The notes under the pieces: model-generated
Seen by the model: only the letters and a program-made list of their open reading frames with translations
Told to the model about the DNA's origin: nothing
Databases searched by the model: none
Part shown: positions 38,987 to 48,023 of the stretch, piece after piece
Position numbering within the stretch: position 1 is the first letter of the stretch
How the letters are laid out: each line of letters begins with the position of its first letter
Translations under genes and position numbers: made by a program
Assembly (NCBI GenBank): GCA_903919075.1
Contig: CAIXGR010000043.1
Location: 3,053-67,052 of the forward strand
Direction: 5' to 3'
Length of the DNA stretch: 64,000 nucleotides
Source of the DNA: an uncultured Bacteroidota bacterium
GTDB lineage: Bacteria; Bacteroidota; Bacteroidia; Chitinophagales; LD1

Positions 38987-39018
38987 GCAGCCGACGAATA
39001 GTAGCGTCGGCTGCTTTT
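38987..39018 (+). terminator. Rho-independent terminator between convergent genes
   Basis: 10-bp stem gcagccgacg (38987..38996) with cgtcggctgc (39005..39014), followed by TTTT. Confidence 0.75.
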
Positions 39019-39027
39019 ATTGTACCA

Positions 39028-39915
39028 CTAATCGGCGCTGGTTTTTGTGGTAAAATAAACACCCATAAGTATTAATGCCATTCCGCCAAACTGTATTAAT
39101 GTAAGTACTTCTCCATCCAACAAACCCCACGAAAGAGCTACAATAGGAACTAAATAAGTAACGCTGGCCGCAAACAATGCATCGGTGCGCTGCAATAGCC
39201 GGTAAAAAAGCACCCATGCAGTTAAAGTGCTTACAACAGCAAGCACTGCAACACAGGCCAGCGATGGCCATACATTGCCGCTGGCAATTTTAGGAATTGC
39301 ACCGGTAAAAAAACAGGCTATCAGTGCTGGTATGCCAGTCATACTCATAGCAACGGCTGTTGTGCCTACCGGATTATCATGTTGTAATTTATGCTTGGTA
39401 ATATTCGTTCCTATGCCATAACAAAAGGTGGCTACTAGCGGAAGGAAGCCATATGCCAAATCTATTTTTATGTTATTCAATCCTTTACCTACAACCAAAA
39501 CTACTGCACCTAAAAAACCAATAACTACACCGGTAACTTTCTGTTTCGAAATTATTACGTGATATACGTAATAACCAACAAGTATAGTCCACATGGGTGA
39601 CAGCGCATTAAGAATGCCGTTAACCGAACTATCGCTTTTTGTTATTGAAAGGGCGAAAAGAAATGCCGGTATTGCGCTGCTGAAAAGTCCAACCAACAGC
39701 AGTGTAATATATTTTTCTTTAGGAACAAATTTAATGGCGCCAACGGCAACCGGAAAAGCACAGAGGCCAGAAATACCAATACGCAAGCAGGTTAATTCAA
39801 CAGGGGTAAAAGCAATTAATCCTTTTTTGATAAGAATATACGAGGTGCCCCAAATTAATGTGAGCAAGCCCAGCAGTAACCAGTTTTGAGGATTATGAAA
39901 CGAAGGCTTATACAA
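39028..39915 (-). CDS. DMT superfamily (EamA-type) transporter
   Basis: 295-aa ORF with about 10 helices and a duplicated EamA-like architecture. Confidence 0.78.
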   Translation of the reverse strand: MYKPSFHNPQNWLLLGLLTLIWGTSYILIKKGLIAFTPVELTCLRIGISGLCAFPVAVGAIKFVPKEKYITLLLVGLFSSAIPAFLFALSITKSDSSVNGILNALSPMWTILVGYYVYHVIISKQKVTGVVIGFLGAVVLVVGKGLNNIKIDLAYGFLPLVATFCYGIGTNITKHKLQHDNPVGTTAVAMSMTGIPALIACFFTGAIPKIASGNVWPSLACVAVLAVVSTLTAWVLFYRLLQRTDALFAASVTYLVPIVALSWGLLDGEVLTLIQFGGMALILMGVYFTTKTSAD

Positions 39916-39932
39916 GAGAATATACGTGCAAA

Positions 39933-40955
39933 TTAATTAACCACTTTTTTATCCAGCATTTTCATTATTGCGTCTTTTAATTTATCAATACCTAAACCAG
40001 CAACACCGGATATAAAAATTACAGGAAGCGACTCCCCTTTTTTGAATTTCTTTTTTATATCCTTCTCGGTCATCTTCAACAACTCATCGTCGGCAAGGTC
40101 GCATTTACTAATGGCCAGAATTCTATCTTTAGTAAGCAACTCGGGGCTGTACTTGCCAAGCTCGCTAAGTAGTATTTTATAATCGCGCACAATATCGTCG
40201 CTATCAATAGGCACCATAAAAAGTAAAAGCGAGTTACGCTCAATATGGCGCAAAAATCTTAAGCCAAGCCCTTTGCCTTCCGATGCACCTTCTATAATTC
40301 CCGGAATATCGGCCATTACAAAACTGCGACCTGCTTTATAGCTTACAATTCCCAAATTAGGAACGAGTGTGGTAAACGGATAATCTGCTATCTCAGGCCG
40401 TGCGTTTGAAACAGCTGATATGAGTGTAGATTTTCCGGCATTCGGAAACCCTACCAAGCCTACATCGGCAAGTAGTTTTAATTCCAAAACTTTCCACTCT
40501 TCCTTGCCGGGTATGCCCGGTTGGGCATACGTAGGCGATTGATGCGTTGAAGATTTAAAATGGTTGTTTCCCCTTCCGCCCTTACCGCCATCTACCAATA
40601 TATACTCCTGCCCATCTTCATTTATTTCGGTTTCGGTTCTTCCGGTTTCAAAATCTTTAACCACAGTACCCAGCGGAACTTCCAGAATTGCGTCTTTGCC
40701 GTCTTTGCCGCTACATAATGCGCCTTGCCCCTTTCCACCATCTTGGGCAATTACGTGTTTGCGATATTTAAGGTGTAATAAAGTCCATAATTGAGCATTG
40801 CCGCGCAGTATTACGTGGCCGCCCCTGCCACCATCACCACCATCAGGGCCACCTTTGGGTATAAACTTTTCGCGCCTAAAGCTCGAAGAGCCAGCCCCGC
40901 CTTTACCGCTTTTGCAATTTATTTTTACGTAGTCTATAAAATTCTCGATTGCCAT
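39933..40955 (-). CDS. obg: GTPase Obg/CgtA
   Basis: N-terminal Gly-rich Obg fold ([30 protein letters not shown]) and G domain ([17 protein letters not shown]). Confidence 0.95.
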   Translation of the reverse strand: MAIENFIDYVKINCKSGKGGAGSSSFRREKFIPKGGPDGGDGGRGGHVILRGNAQLWTLLHLKYRKHVIAQDGGKGQGALCSGKDGKDAILEVPLGTVVKDFETGRTETEINEDGQEYILVDGGKGGRGNNHFKSSTHQSPTYAQPGIPGKEEWKVLELKLLADVGLVGFPNAGKSTLISAVSNARPEIADYPFTTLVPNLGIVSYKAGRSFVMADIPGIIEGASEGKGLGLRFLRHIERNSLLLFMVPIDSDDIVRDYKILLSELGKYSPELLTKDRILAISKCDLADDELLKMTEKDIKKKFKKGESLPVIFISGVAGLGIDKLKDAIMKMLDKKVVN

Positions 40956-41054
40956 GTTTTCCGCTTCTTATTCAACTGCAAAGAGAAAATATTTTACGAC
41001 AATATCACAGCTGTTTGTTATCAGCTAATCAGGCCAGCGGGCGAAACGGGGTTT

Positions 41055-42743
41055 TCACTCAATAACCACTTTCTTTATTCCCCACTTATTGCCGCTTTTT
41101 AATTTAAGCAGGTAAACACCTTTGGCAAAGGCAAACACATTAATAGTTGCCTTTTTAGCGTTTATGGTTTGTTGCAATATTATTCTTCCCGTCATATCGG
41201 TCATTATCAAAGACTCAATATTTGCACCTGCCTCAATTGTAATATGGCTGTTTGAGGGATTAGGAAACACTAAAACATTTAAATCGTCATCATCATTAAT
41301 TTGATGAATCCCGGTTGATATCAACTCGTTGCGGCAAGGAACAATATTGTTGTTGTAAAATGCCTGCACAATATCCGCATCGCGTTTTAGTGTATCAACA
41401 ATTGAAATAAACGTAGCCGTTGAATCATATGCCGTGGTAAACGCTAAATCAAAATGTTTAATTTCTCCGGGACTGAAATCCATTGGCTCAATACTTGCAG
41501 CCATTCTTCTGTCGCCTGCCGGCAATTGTGAGCGGATGGAATAATCAGACCATTGCATGGTATCGTTCGGATCGCCCGGAAATATGAATTTTGTAAGCTG
41601 TGTTCCCCCATATCCGGTACCGCCTTGTGTAAAAGGCATTCCATCTGACCAGAAACCTGTTTCATAATTTCTTAATGCAGGGCAATTAAAATAGTCAGTC
41701 TGTCCTCCATTAGGGTCGTTCACAAAGTATATAAAATCGCTCATATTATGATTTAGTATTACTGCCCCTTGTGCTGCCCGATATGGGAAATAAGCAGGCT
41801 GCTCTTCGCAAGAAAAGTCAACCAATGTACCATTATACGCAAACATTAAATTCCTGGCAGTATCACATCCTATTCTATCATTATTATAACATCCTATATC
41901 AGGGTCTTCCCACAAGGCAAGATAAAAATCATGGTATGTGTTTGTCGATTTATTTTCAATATCATATTGCACAAATACCGTATTGTTTATCGCTCGTTTC
42001 TCATAAAGAAAACCGCTATCAACCGAATCTATGTATACATATGCGAGACCACGAACCTCAACACCTATTTTCAAAGAATTGGTTTCCTGGTGAAGGTCGC
42101 GTTCATCATTAAAAACAAAAAAGACCGCTTCGTTACCGCAAATGGCCGGATAATCTCCGTTCAATGGATTGTAAATACCATCATTGTCTACATCAACAAA
42201 GGGAGCAAGTGGCGAAGCAATATTTACTCCATATATCGATGCAACAAATGTGTTTCCTTTTCCTGGCCATAAAAGAATAGAAGAATCTATCACATCTGAA
42301 TTACTTGGAAAAACTAAAGTGCGATAATGATTAATTTGGGACTGCATTATTTTAAAAACATGTTTGAAATAATTATCATAGTCAGCACTATAAGTATCCG
42401 CAATAGGCCCATCAAAAAAATCGCCCCCATGGAATTTGTATGTTTGTGCGGCGCAATGGGCATTGCTGCCGCCGTCTAATGCGCTAAGCCAAAGAGAGGC
42501 GGTAAAAACTGTTTTTTTATTTGTGCCTTTAGGTGCTTCGTATAAATCCCATTTGTTTACTGGGTCCGAGAGATCATGTACTACTGTAGCCGAATCCAGT
42601 CTTGAAAAAAGGTTGCCGCCTATCCCTATACCGGCATTTACATTATTGGCGTTTAAAAACTCTACTTCGTGTTGTGCGGAAAGATGACAAAAAATAAAAG
42701 TGAAGGTGGCGACTATAATAAAATCAAGTATTGTTTTCTTCAT
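41055..42743 (-). CDS. Secreted protein with a type A T9SS C-terminal sorting domain
   Basis: Signal peptide MKKTILDFIIVATFTFIFCHLSAQ. The C-terminus reads LVFPNPSNSHITIEA, MTDMTGRII, AKGVYLLKL. Confidence 0.72.
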   Translation of the reverse strand: MKKTILDFIIVATFTFIFCHLSAQHEVEFLNANNVNAGIGIGGNLFSRLDSATVVHDLSDPVNKWDLYEAPKGTNKKTVFTASLWLSALDGGSNAHCAAQTYKFHGGDFFDGPIADTYSADYDNYFKHVFKIMQSQINHYRTLVFPSNSDVIDSSILLWPGKGNTFVASIYGVNIASPLAPFVDVDNDGIYNPLNGDYPAICGNEAVFFVFNDERDLHQETNSLKIGVEVRGLAYVYIDSVDSGFLYEKRAINNTVFVQYDIENKSTNTYHDFYLALWEDPDIGCYNNDRIGCDTARNLMFAYNGTLVDFSCEEQPAYFPYRAAQGAVILNHNMSDFIYFVNDPNGGQTDYFNCPALRNYETGFWSDGMPFTQGGTGYGGTQLTKFIFPGDPNDTMQWSDYSIRSQLPAGDRRMAASIEPMDFSPGEIKHFDLAFTTAYDSTATFISIVDTLKRDADIVQAFYNNNIVPCRNELISTGIHQINDDDDLNVLVFPNPSNSHITIEAGANIESLIMTDMTGRIILQQTINAKKATINVFAFAKGVYLLKLKSGNKWGIKKVVIE

Positions 42744-42764
42744 GCATATCAGTTTTAAAAAATA

Positions 42765-42788
42765 GCCCTCCGGTTTTCGCCGGAGGGC
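42765..42788 (-). terminator. Terminator-like or attenuator-like hairpin about 20 nt upstream of the T9SS cargo start codon
   Basis: 9-bp GC-rich stem gccctccgg (42765..42773) with ccggagggc (42780..42788). On the minus strand it is followed by TATTTTTTAAAA and then the ATG at 42743. Confidence 0.5.
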
Positions 42789-42941
42789 ACCGGCCGTGTT
42801 TCATAGGCCAAAGCCGGTTGGGGGTTATTAAATACTGATATAAAGTTATGCGTTTAAAAAGGTTGGCTGGTCATAGCATTGTCACAAAAACATGAACCGG
42901 TGGCTTCTTACATAACCATGACAAACTGGTGCTTAAAGGGA

Positions 42942-42951
42942 GGGGGGGGGG
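42942..42951. repeat. Intergenic homopolymer tract G10
   Basis: Counted directly in aaaggg a gggggggggg aattg. It lies about 200 nt upstream of the gene starting at 42743. Confidence 0.95.
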
Positions 42952-43083
42952 AATTGTGGCCTACAAGTAATATTAGTTAAATCGAAGAGCGATTTTGAAA
43001 CTACTTTACATATGGCACCGTAAACATATATATCGACGGCAAGAAATAAACTACAACTAAAAATTTTTATACTCAAACCAAAC

Positions 43084-43113
43084 GGGTCGCTTCAAGGGGC
43101 GACCCATTTTTTT
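43084..43113 (-). terminator. Bidirectional-type terminator hairpin downstream of the NifU-like gene
   Basis: Stem gggtcgc (43084..43090) with gcgaccc (43099..43105). A T7 run follows on the + side (43107..43113), and GTTTGGTTTG follows on the minus side. Confidence 0.65.
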
Positions 43114-43151
43114 GTACCGGTATGAAATAGTTTTAAAAGCCGTAGGAAATA

Positions 43152-43748
43152 TTATTCCGCTATAGCTTCCACCTCAGTAACTTCAGGCACCATGCGTTTC
43201 AGCAAGCCTTCAATACCTGATTTTAGTGTAATAACTGATGATGGGCAACCGCTGCACGAGCCTTGCAGCGAAAGCTTAACAATGCCATTATCAAACGAGC
43301 GAAACTCGATGTGGCCGCCATCCATTTGTATAGCGGGCTTTACATATTTTTCCAATAGGTCTTTAATTCGGCTTATCGGGTCGGTTTCTGCGGCGGCTGA
43401 ACTTTCTTTTTCAAGAATATCTTTAGGCAACAGTACATCATCCACAGGTTTTGCGCCACTTTGTAAAAAATTTTTAACCGCTTCTTTTAATTCCGGGTTT
43501 ATTTCAAACCAATCGTACTCAGCTTTTTTTGTAATGGTTACAAAATTGTTGGCTATAAAAACTCCGTTTACAAAAGGTATTTCGAAAAGTGTTTTTGCAA
43601 GTTCCGAGCCTTGCGAAAGTTCTTTGGTTCTGAAATCGAGTTGAAAGTTTGGAAGTATGTGCCGGTTGGTTACAAACTTCATGCTTTCAGGGTTCGGAGT
43701 CATTTCGGTATATATTTCAATTATTTCTTTCGTTTCCATATTCTTCAA
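43152..43748 (-). CDS. NifU/Nfu-family Fe-S cluster assembly protein
   Basis: An Nfu_N-like N-terminal half (TPNPESMKF) and a C-terminal NifU domain (MDGGHIEF, GSCSGCPSS). Confidence 0.82.
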   Translation of the reverse strand: MKNMETKEIIEIYTEMTPNPESMKFVTNRHILPNFQLDFRTKELSQGSELAKTLFEIPFVNGVFIANNFVTITKKAEYDWFEINPELKEAVKNFLQSGAKPVDDVLLPKDILEKESSAAAETDPISRIKDLLEKYVKPAIQMDGGHIEFRSFDNGIVKLSLQGSCSGCPSSVITLKSGIEGLLKRMVPEVTEVEAIAE

Positions 43749-43816
43749 TTTAAGTTCACTAAAATTTGCGTTGCTTTGTACAGAACGTTCTAAAAAGCAG
43801 AATGTTTTAAAGCACC

Positions 43817-44086
43817 ATGTTATTGCATGTCAAAGTTAAGCCTAATTCGAAGATTGACGAAATTATTCGCGATGCAAATGGATTATTAAAAGTAAAGATT
43901 AAAGCACCGGCTACTGAGGGAAGGGCGAATAAATATTTGGTGGCTTACCTGGCCGAAGTTTTGGGCACTTCAAAATCGAAAATAACTTTATTGAAAGGCA
44001 GCACAAACCAGCATAAAACACTAAATATTGAGGCCAGTGAAGAAGACGTAATGAAAAGGATTTCGGAAAGCGTAAAGCCGCTGTGA
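43817..44086 (+). CDS. DUF167 (YggU) family protein
   Basis: 89 aa reading LHVKVKPNSKIDEI, KIKAPATEGRANKYLVAYLAEVLG. Confidence 0.72.
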   Translation: MLLHVKVKPNSKIDEIIRDANGLLKVKIKAPATEGRANKYLVAYLAEVLGTSKSKITLLKGSTNQHKTLNIEASEEDVMKRISESVKPL

Positions 44087-44536
44087 CTATTGCATGGTTT
44101 TTATAGCGGCCAATATTTTCCCCATTTCGAACCCTCGGCCTAAAAGAAATCTTATCAGTTTGCCTTTCTTTTCTTTATCAGTACCGTTTCTAATGCTTTT
44201 TATTTTTTTCTCGGCCAAATACATCAGGCCTTCGCCGTATTCTTTATTTTCCACATTTTCAAGCTGCTTTTCTATTAAATCGCTGCTCAGCCCTTTTTGG
44301 CGCAGTGCAGATTTCATTTTTATTTTGCCCCATTTTTTTCGGGCATGTGCTTCAATATAGGCCTTAGCGAAACGTTCTTCGTGTAAAAAATTATCGTTTT
44401 TTAATGCCGCTAAATACGAATCAAACTCACTGGCATCAACTTTATAGGCACGAAGTTTCCTAACCACATCCGATGCCGTTTTCTCGTTCTCGGCACAGTA
44501 GCGCGAAATCTTTTCGTAAATTATTTTATCTAACAT
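44087..44536 (-). CDS. recX: Regulatory protein RecX
   Basis: 149-aa helical-repeat ORF (YCAENEKTASDVVRKL, FLHEERFAKAYI, KWGKIKMKSALRQKGL). Confidence 0.78.
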   Translation of the reverse strand: MLDKIIYEKISRYCAENEKTASDVVRKLRAYKVDASEFDSYLAALKNDNFLHEERFAKAYIEAHARKKWGKIKMKSALRQKGLSSDLIEKQLENVENKEYGEGLMYLAEKKIKSIRNGTDKEKKGKLIRFLLGRGFEMGKILAAIKTMQ

Positions 44537-44566
44537 TTATCAAATGAGTTTACAATTACCCTAATC

Positions 44567-44574
44567 AAATATAC
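44567..44574 (-). promoter_or_regulatory. Candidate -7 box (TATATTTG on the minus strand) for recX
   Basis: The + strand caaatata is the reverse complement of TAnnTTTG, 31 nt upstream of the recX ATG. Confidence 0.3.
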
Positions 44575-44708
44575 ATTAACAACGTAGCATTAAACTTTGC
44601 GGTAGTGAATATTATTTAACGAGCAAAAACTATACCATTACTAAGGAAGAAAAAATTACTTGGCTTTAAAATGGCAAGGGGCTTAGCCATTTAGGAAGAA
44701 TATATATA

Positions 44709-44775
44709 GACCCTTTCAGGCTTTGGCAGGGCATTTAAGCCTGCGCCGCCTGAAAGGGTCCTTAATTTATTTTTC
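44709..44775 (+). other. Orphan long hairpin followed by a T-run (terminator of an unannotated transcript, or a small RNA candidate)
   Basis: 12-bp perfect stem gaccctttcagg (44709..44720) with cctgaaagggtc (44749..44760). An inner 5-bp stem pairs gcagg with cctgc. The sequence cttaatttattttt follows. No + strand ORF ends nearby. Confidence 0.4.
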
Positions 44776-45080
44776 GAGGCTTTCTATTGGCCAGTGGGGC
44801 ATTATGGGTTCAACTTTTATCATATTGGGTTGCTTTAACTATATGTTTTTACGCGCTGTAAAGCCATAAAGTTGCTGTTGTTTTCTTGTAAAGCACGGCT
44901 ATTTTAATACGTGTAACTTGTATTGCACGCAAAAAGGACACTATTCTGCCGCCCTGTATAATTTTAAAAAATATTTACTGGCTTTTCTTAGGTAGCTTTA
45001 ACGGGCAATGAAGCGAAAGCCTGACCGTTCTAGTAATAGCGCTTAGTGTATGTTTCATTTCTTAAACTAAAACTGTAATC

Positions 45081-45338
45081 ATGAAAGCAAAAAATAAATG
45101 GGCGCTTATGTTTGTTGCAATCTTTTTGGCAATAAATATTTATGCGCAGGAAGGTGTAGGACAACGCGGACCAACTGGAAAATCAGGAATGGGAGGGCAT
45201 TCGGGAGTTACAGGAACAACCGGTGCCAATGGCAAACAAGATAAGAAATTAAATCCTGGTGTTAGGCCCGATACTGCAAAAATGAAGGGGAAAGATATTC
45301 CGCCTGATTTTGATAAGTCGCATCCAAACAAACAATAA
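45081..45338 (+). CDS. Small secreted protein with a short collagen-like (Gly-X-Y)9 stretch
   Basis: Signal peptide MKAKNKWALMFVAIFLAINIYAQ, then GQRGPTGKSGMGGHSGVTGTTGANGKQ. Confidence 0.5.
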   Translation: MKAKNKWALMFVAIFLAINIYAQEGVGQRGPTGKSGMGGHSGVTGTTGANGKQDKKLNPGVRPDTAKMKGKDIPPDFDKSHPNKQ

Positions 45339-45389
45339 ATTAGTTTTTAGGTTAACATGCCCTTAGGTAAATCCCGAGGGCTTGTTTTT

Positions 45390-46079
45390 TTATTTCTCTC
45401 CGAAAGCCTTCCAAACAGGGTCGCCCATAGGTACCGGTGCAGTAATTGAAATCAGTTCTTTTGTCATGGGGTGCGGGAACTCTACTTTGCGGGCGTGTAA
45501 ATGAATAGAGCCATCCTTATTGCCGCGGCGGGCACCATATTTTACATCGCCCTTAATTGGGCATCCCATTTTTGACAGCTGAACACGTATTTGATGGTGC
45601 CTGCCCGTGTGCGGATTAATTTCAAGCAGGTGGTAGTTGTCAATACTTTTTAGCATTTGATAATCTAACTCACATTTCGAACTTCCTTTAACCTCATGGT
45701 CGTAGCCGGTGGAAATATTTTTCTGTTCGTTTTTTTTCAGCCAGTTTACCAAATGCCCCGATGTGTTTGGGGGCATATTACCAACCACTGCCCAGTAGGT
45801 TTTTTTTATTTGCTTCTCACGAAACATTTCATTCAGTATCTTCAAAGGCTTGCTGCGCTTTGCAAATAATACAATGCCGCTTACCGGTCGGTCAATCCGG
45901 TGGGGCACACCAATAAAAGCTTCGCCTTTTTTGTTGTACTTTACTCGCAGGTATTCTTTTACTACTTCTTCCAGCCCCTTATTACCGGCCTTATCGCTTT
46001 GCACCATCATGCCCACCGGTTTATTAACGGCCATAATGTGGTTGTCTTCGTAAAGTATTTCTAGGTTGGTGTAGTGCAT
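45390..46079 (-). CDS. RluA-family pseudouridine synthase
   Basis: Catalytic motif HRIDRPVSGIVLFAK; 229 aa. Confidence 0.85.
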   Translation of the reverse strand: MHYTNLEILYEDNHIMAVNKPVGMMVQSDKAGNKGLEEVVKEYLRVKYNKKGEAFIGVPHRIDRPVSGIVLFAKRSKPLKILNEMFREKQIKKTYWAVVGNMPPNTSGHLVNWLKKNEQKNISTGYDHEVKGSSKCELDYQMLKSIDNYHLLEINPHTGRHHQIRVQLSKMGCPIKGDVKYGARRGNKDGSIHLHARKVEFPHPMTKELISITAPVPMGDPVWKAFGEK

Positions 46080-46279
46080 AATTTTTTGAAAGAGGTAAAA
46101 ATAATAGAAACATCTACGCCTAGCTTTAAAGATATGCCACCTTCAAGGGGGTAACACTTTAAAAACTATATTATTGACAATCAATACTTTATTGAAAAAT
46201 CAGTAACTCCTGTTACCCCCCTGCCTTACATAAATATCAGATTATCAATTATTTATGCATTCCCTTGGTTTTCCCTAAT

Positions 46280-46804
46280 TTATGCTGCTTTAATCACCCT
46301 TTCTTTTGCAGCTTGTTTCTTTTTATAAAATACTTTATCCGCTGTATAAATTGTTTTACTAAAAACAGCATATACCAATCCTTTTTCGTCTTCATACTTT
46401 AAAGGAAGCTCGAGAGTATATTCGCCGCGCATGGCTACGTTGTGTTTTACCTCTTCTATCATTTCGTTGGAAATAAGAAAGCGGCATTTTACTTTATCTA
46501 CTATCGGGCGCACAAATTTTACCGATGCTGCTTTATCCCAAACCACATAATCTTTGCCCAGTATTTGCATAAACATTAGCATAAAATACGGATCAACCGA
46601 GCTGTAAATACTTCCACCGTAAACAGTGCCCACCCGGTAGCGGGTACGAAAATTTAATTTAATGCTTACATGCAATTCTTTCAAATCAGCAGCAATAAAC
46701 TCAACCCTGCTACCGGTGCACCAAATGCAAGGCCAAAAATTATATAGCCAGCGCATCCTCCGCGTTGCACCCGATTCTGTTTTACTTGTTTCAAAAAGTT
46801 TCAT
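46280..46804 (-). CDS. Hypothetical protein, possibly a hotdog-fold (DUF4442-like) protein
   Basis: 174-aa ORF. The family assignment is from memory of similar sequences only. Confidence 0.4.
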   Translation of the reverse strand: MKLFETSKTESGATRRMRWLYNFWPCIWCTGSRVEFIAADLKELHVSIKLNFRTRYRVGTVYGGSIYSSVDPYFMLMFMQILGKDYVVWDKAASVKFVRPIVDKVKCRFLISNEMIEEVKHNVAMRGEYTLELPLKYEDEKGLVYAVFSKTIYTADKVFYKKKQAAKERVIKAA

Positions 46805-46894
46805 GTGCCTATATTAAACTTACAATTACTGTCTTGTCTTTTCTAACCACTATTCAACTATTCACTATTTTCACGCGCTAAAGAAACAAACTAT

Positions 46895-48019
46895 ATGTCA
46901 ACTTCTGTTCGAGATAATTCCAACATACATCAGAAATACGCAAAGCTATTAGTCAATTATTGTTTGGCTGTAAAAAAAGACGACAAAGTATATATCGTGT
47001 CGTCGTACCTTGCCGAACCCTTACTTCGCGAGGTAGTAAAAGAAACTTATATAGCCGGTGGCATACCGGTTTTGAATGTTGAGATTGATGGTATTGGCGA
47101 GATGGCTTTACAATATGGTAACGAACACCAGTTAAGCTGGGTAAACCCCGCCCGGAAATATGTGATGGAAAATTTTGATTGCTACCTGAACATCCGCGCA
47201 CCATTCGAAAAAGGCGATGGAGAGAAAGAACCGGCAGACGCTAAAAAATTTAAGGTTTTACAGCAGGCACAACAAGAATTAAATAAAATTTATTTCGAGC
47301 GTATTGGCAATGGTTCCCTCCGCCGCTGCTTGTGCCAGTATCCTACTAAAGCCGGTGCCGATGATGCCGAAATGAGTTTAAGTGATTATGAAAAATTTGT
47401 TTACCAATCATGTTATTTGTTTGATGAAGACCCGGTAGCTAAATGGTTAGACGTCCGCAAAAAACAACAGGCCTATGTAGATTATTTAAACAAAGCCGAC
47501 CGGGTAGAATATAAAGGGCCCAATATTGATATTTCATTTTCAGTAAAAGGCAGAACCTGGATTAATAGCGATGGCCGCAGCAATATGCCCAGCGGCGAAG
47601 TATTTAGCGCACCGGTAGAGGATAGCGTAAACGGCCAAGTATATTTCAGCTACCCCACCATTTATATGGGTAAAGATGTAACCGGTATAACCCTTGAAGT
47701 AAAGAACGGCGAAATAATAAACTGGAATGCCGAAAAAGGCAAAGAAGTATTGGACAAAGTTTTCTCTATTGATGGCGCGCGGCATTGGGGCGAGGTAGCT
47801 GTTGGCACTAACTATAACATACAACGCACTACACGCAACATTCTTTTCGATGAAAAAATCGGGGGCAGCATACACGTGGCCGTAGGCCAATCGTACCAAC
47901 AATGCGGTGGTAAAAACGAAAGTGCCATACACTGGGATATGATTACCGATATGAAAAACGGCGGCTATATTTTAGCCGATGGCGTTAAGATTTATGAGAA
48001 TGGGGCGTTTTTGATTTAA
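46895..48019 (+). CDS. Aminopeptidase, M29 (AmpS/PepS) family
   Basis: 374 aa reading KYAKLLVNYCLAVKKDDKV, NMPSGEVF, HVAVGQSY, HWDMI. Confidence 0.78.
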   Translation: MSTSVRDNSNIHQKYAKLLVNYCLAVKKDDKVYIVSSYLAEPLLREVVKETYIAGGIPVLNVEIDGIGEMALQYGNEHQLSWVNPARKYVMENFDCYLNIRAPFEKGDGEKEPADAKKFKVLQQAQQELNKIYFERIGNGSLRRCLCQYPTKAGADDAEMSLSDYEKFVYQSCYLFDEDPVAKWLDVRKKQQAYVDYLNKADRVEYKGPNIDISFSVKGRTWINSDGRSNMPSGEVFSAPVEDSVNGQVYFSYPTIYMGKDVTGITLEVKNGEIINWNAEKGKEVLDKVFSIDGARHWGEVAVGTNYNIQRTTRNILFDEKIGGSIHVAVGQSYQQCGGKNESAIHWDMITDMKNGGYILADGVKIYENGAFLI

Positions 48020-48023
48020 TCTA

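Noticed and set aside
43192-43644. ORF 43192..43644 (+, 150 aa), plus small ORFs at 43611..43793 and 43657..43839.
   Set aside because: They are antisense or off-frame relative to the NifU-like gene (43152..43748, minus strand), which has clear motifs.
44709-44760. Identification of the orphan hairpin as SRP (4.5S) RNA.
   Set aside because: The conserved domain IV sequence (GGAAGCAGCC-type) is not present. I could not match any known RNA family from memory, so it is reported only as an unassigned candidate.
47540-47932. ORF 47540..47932 (-, 130 aa).
   Set aside because: It is antisense to the M29 aminopeptidase gene and has no independent support.
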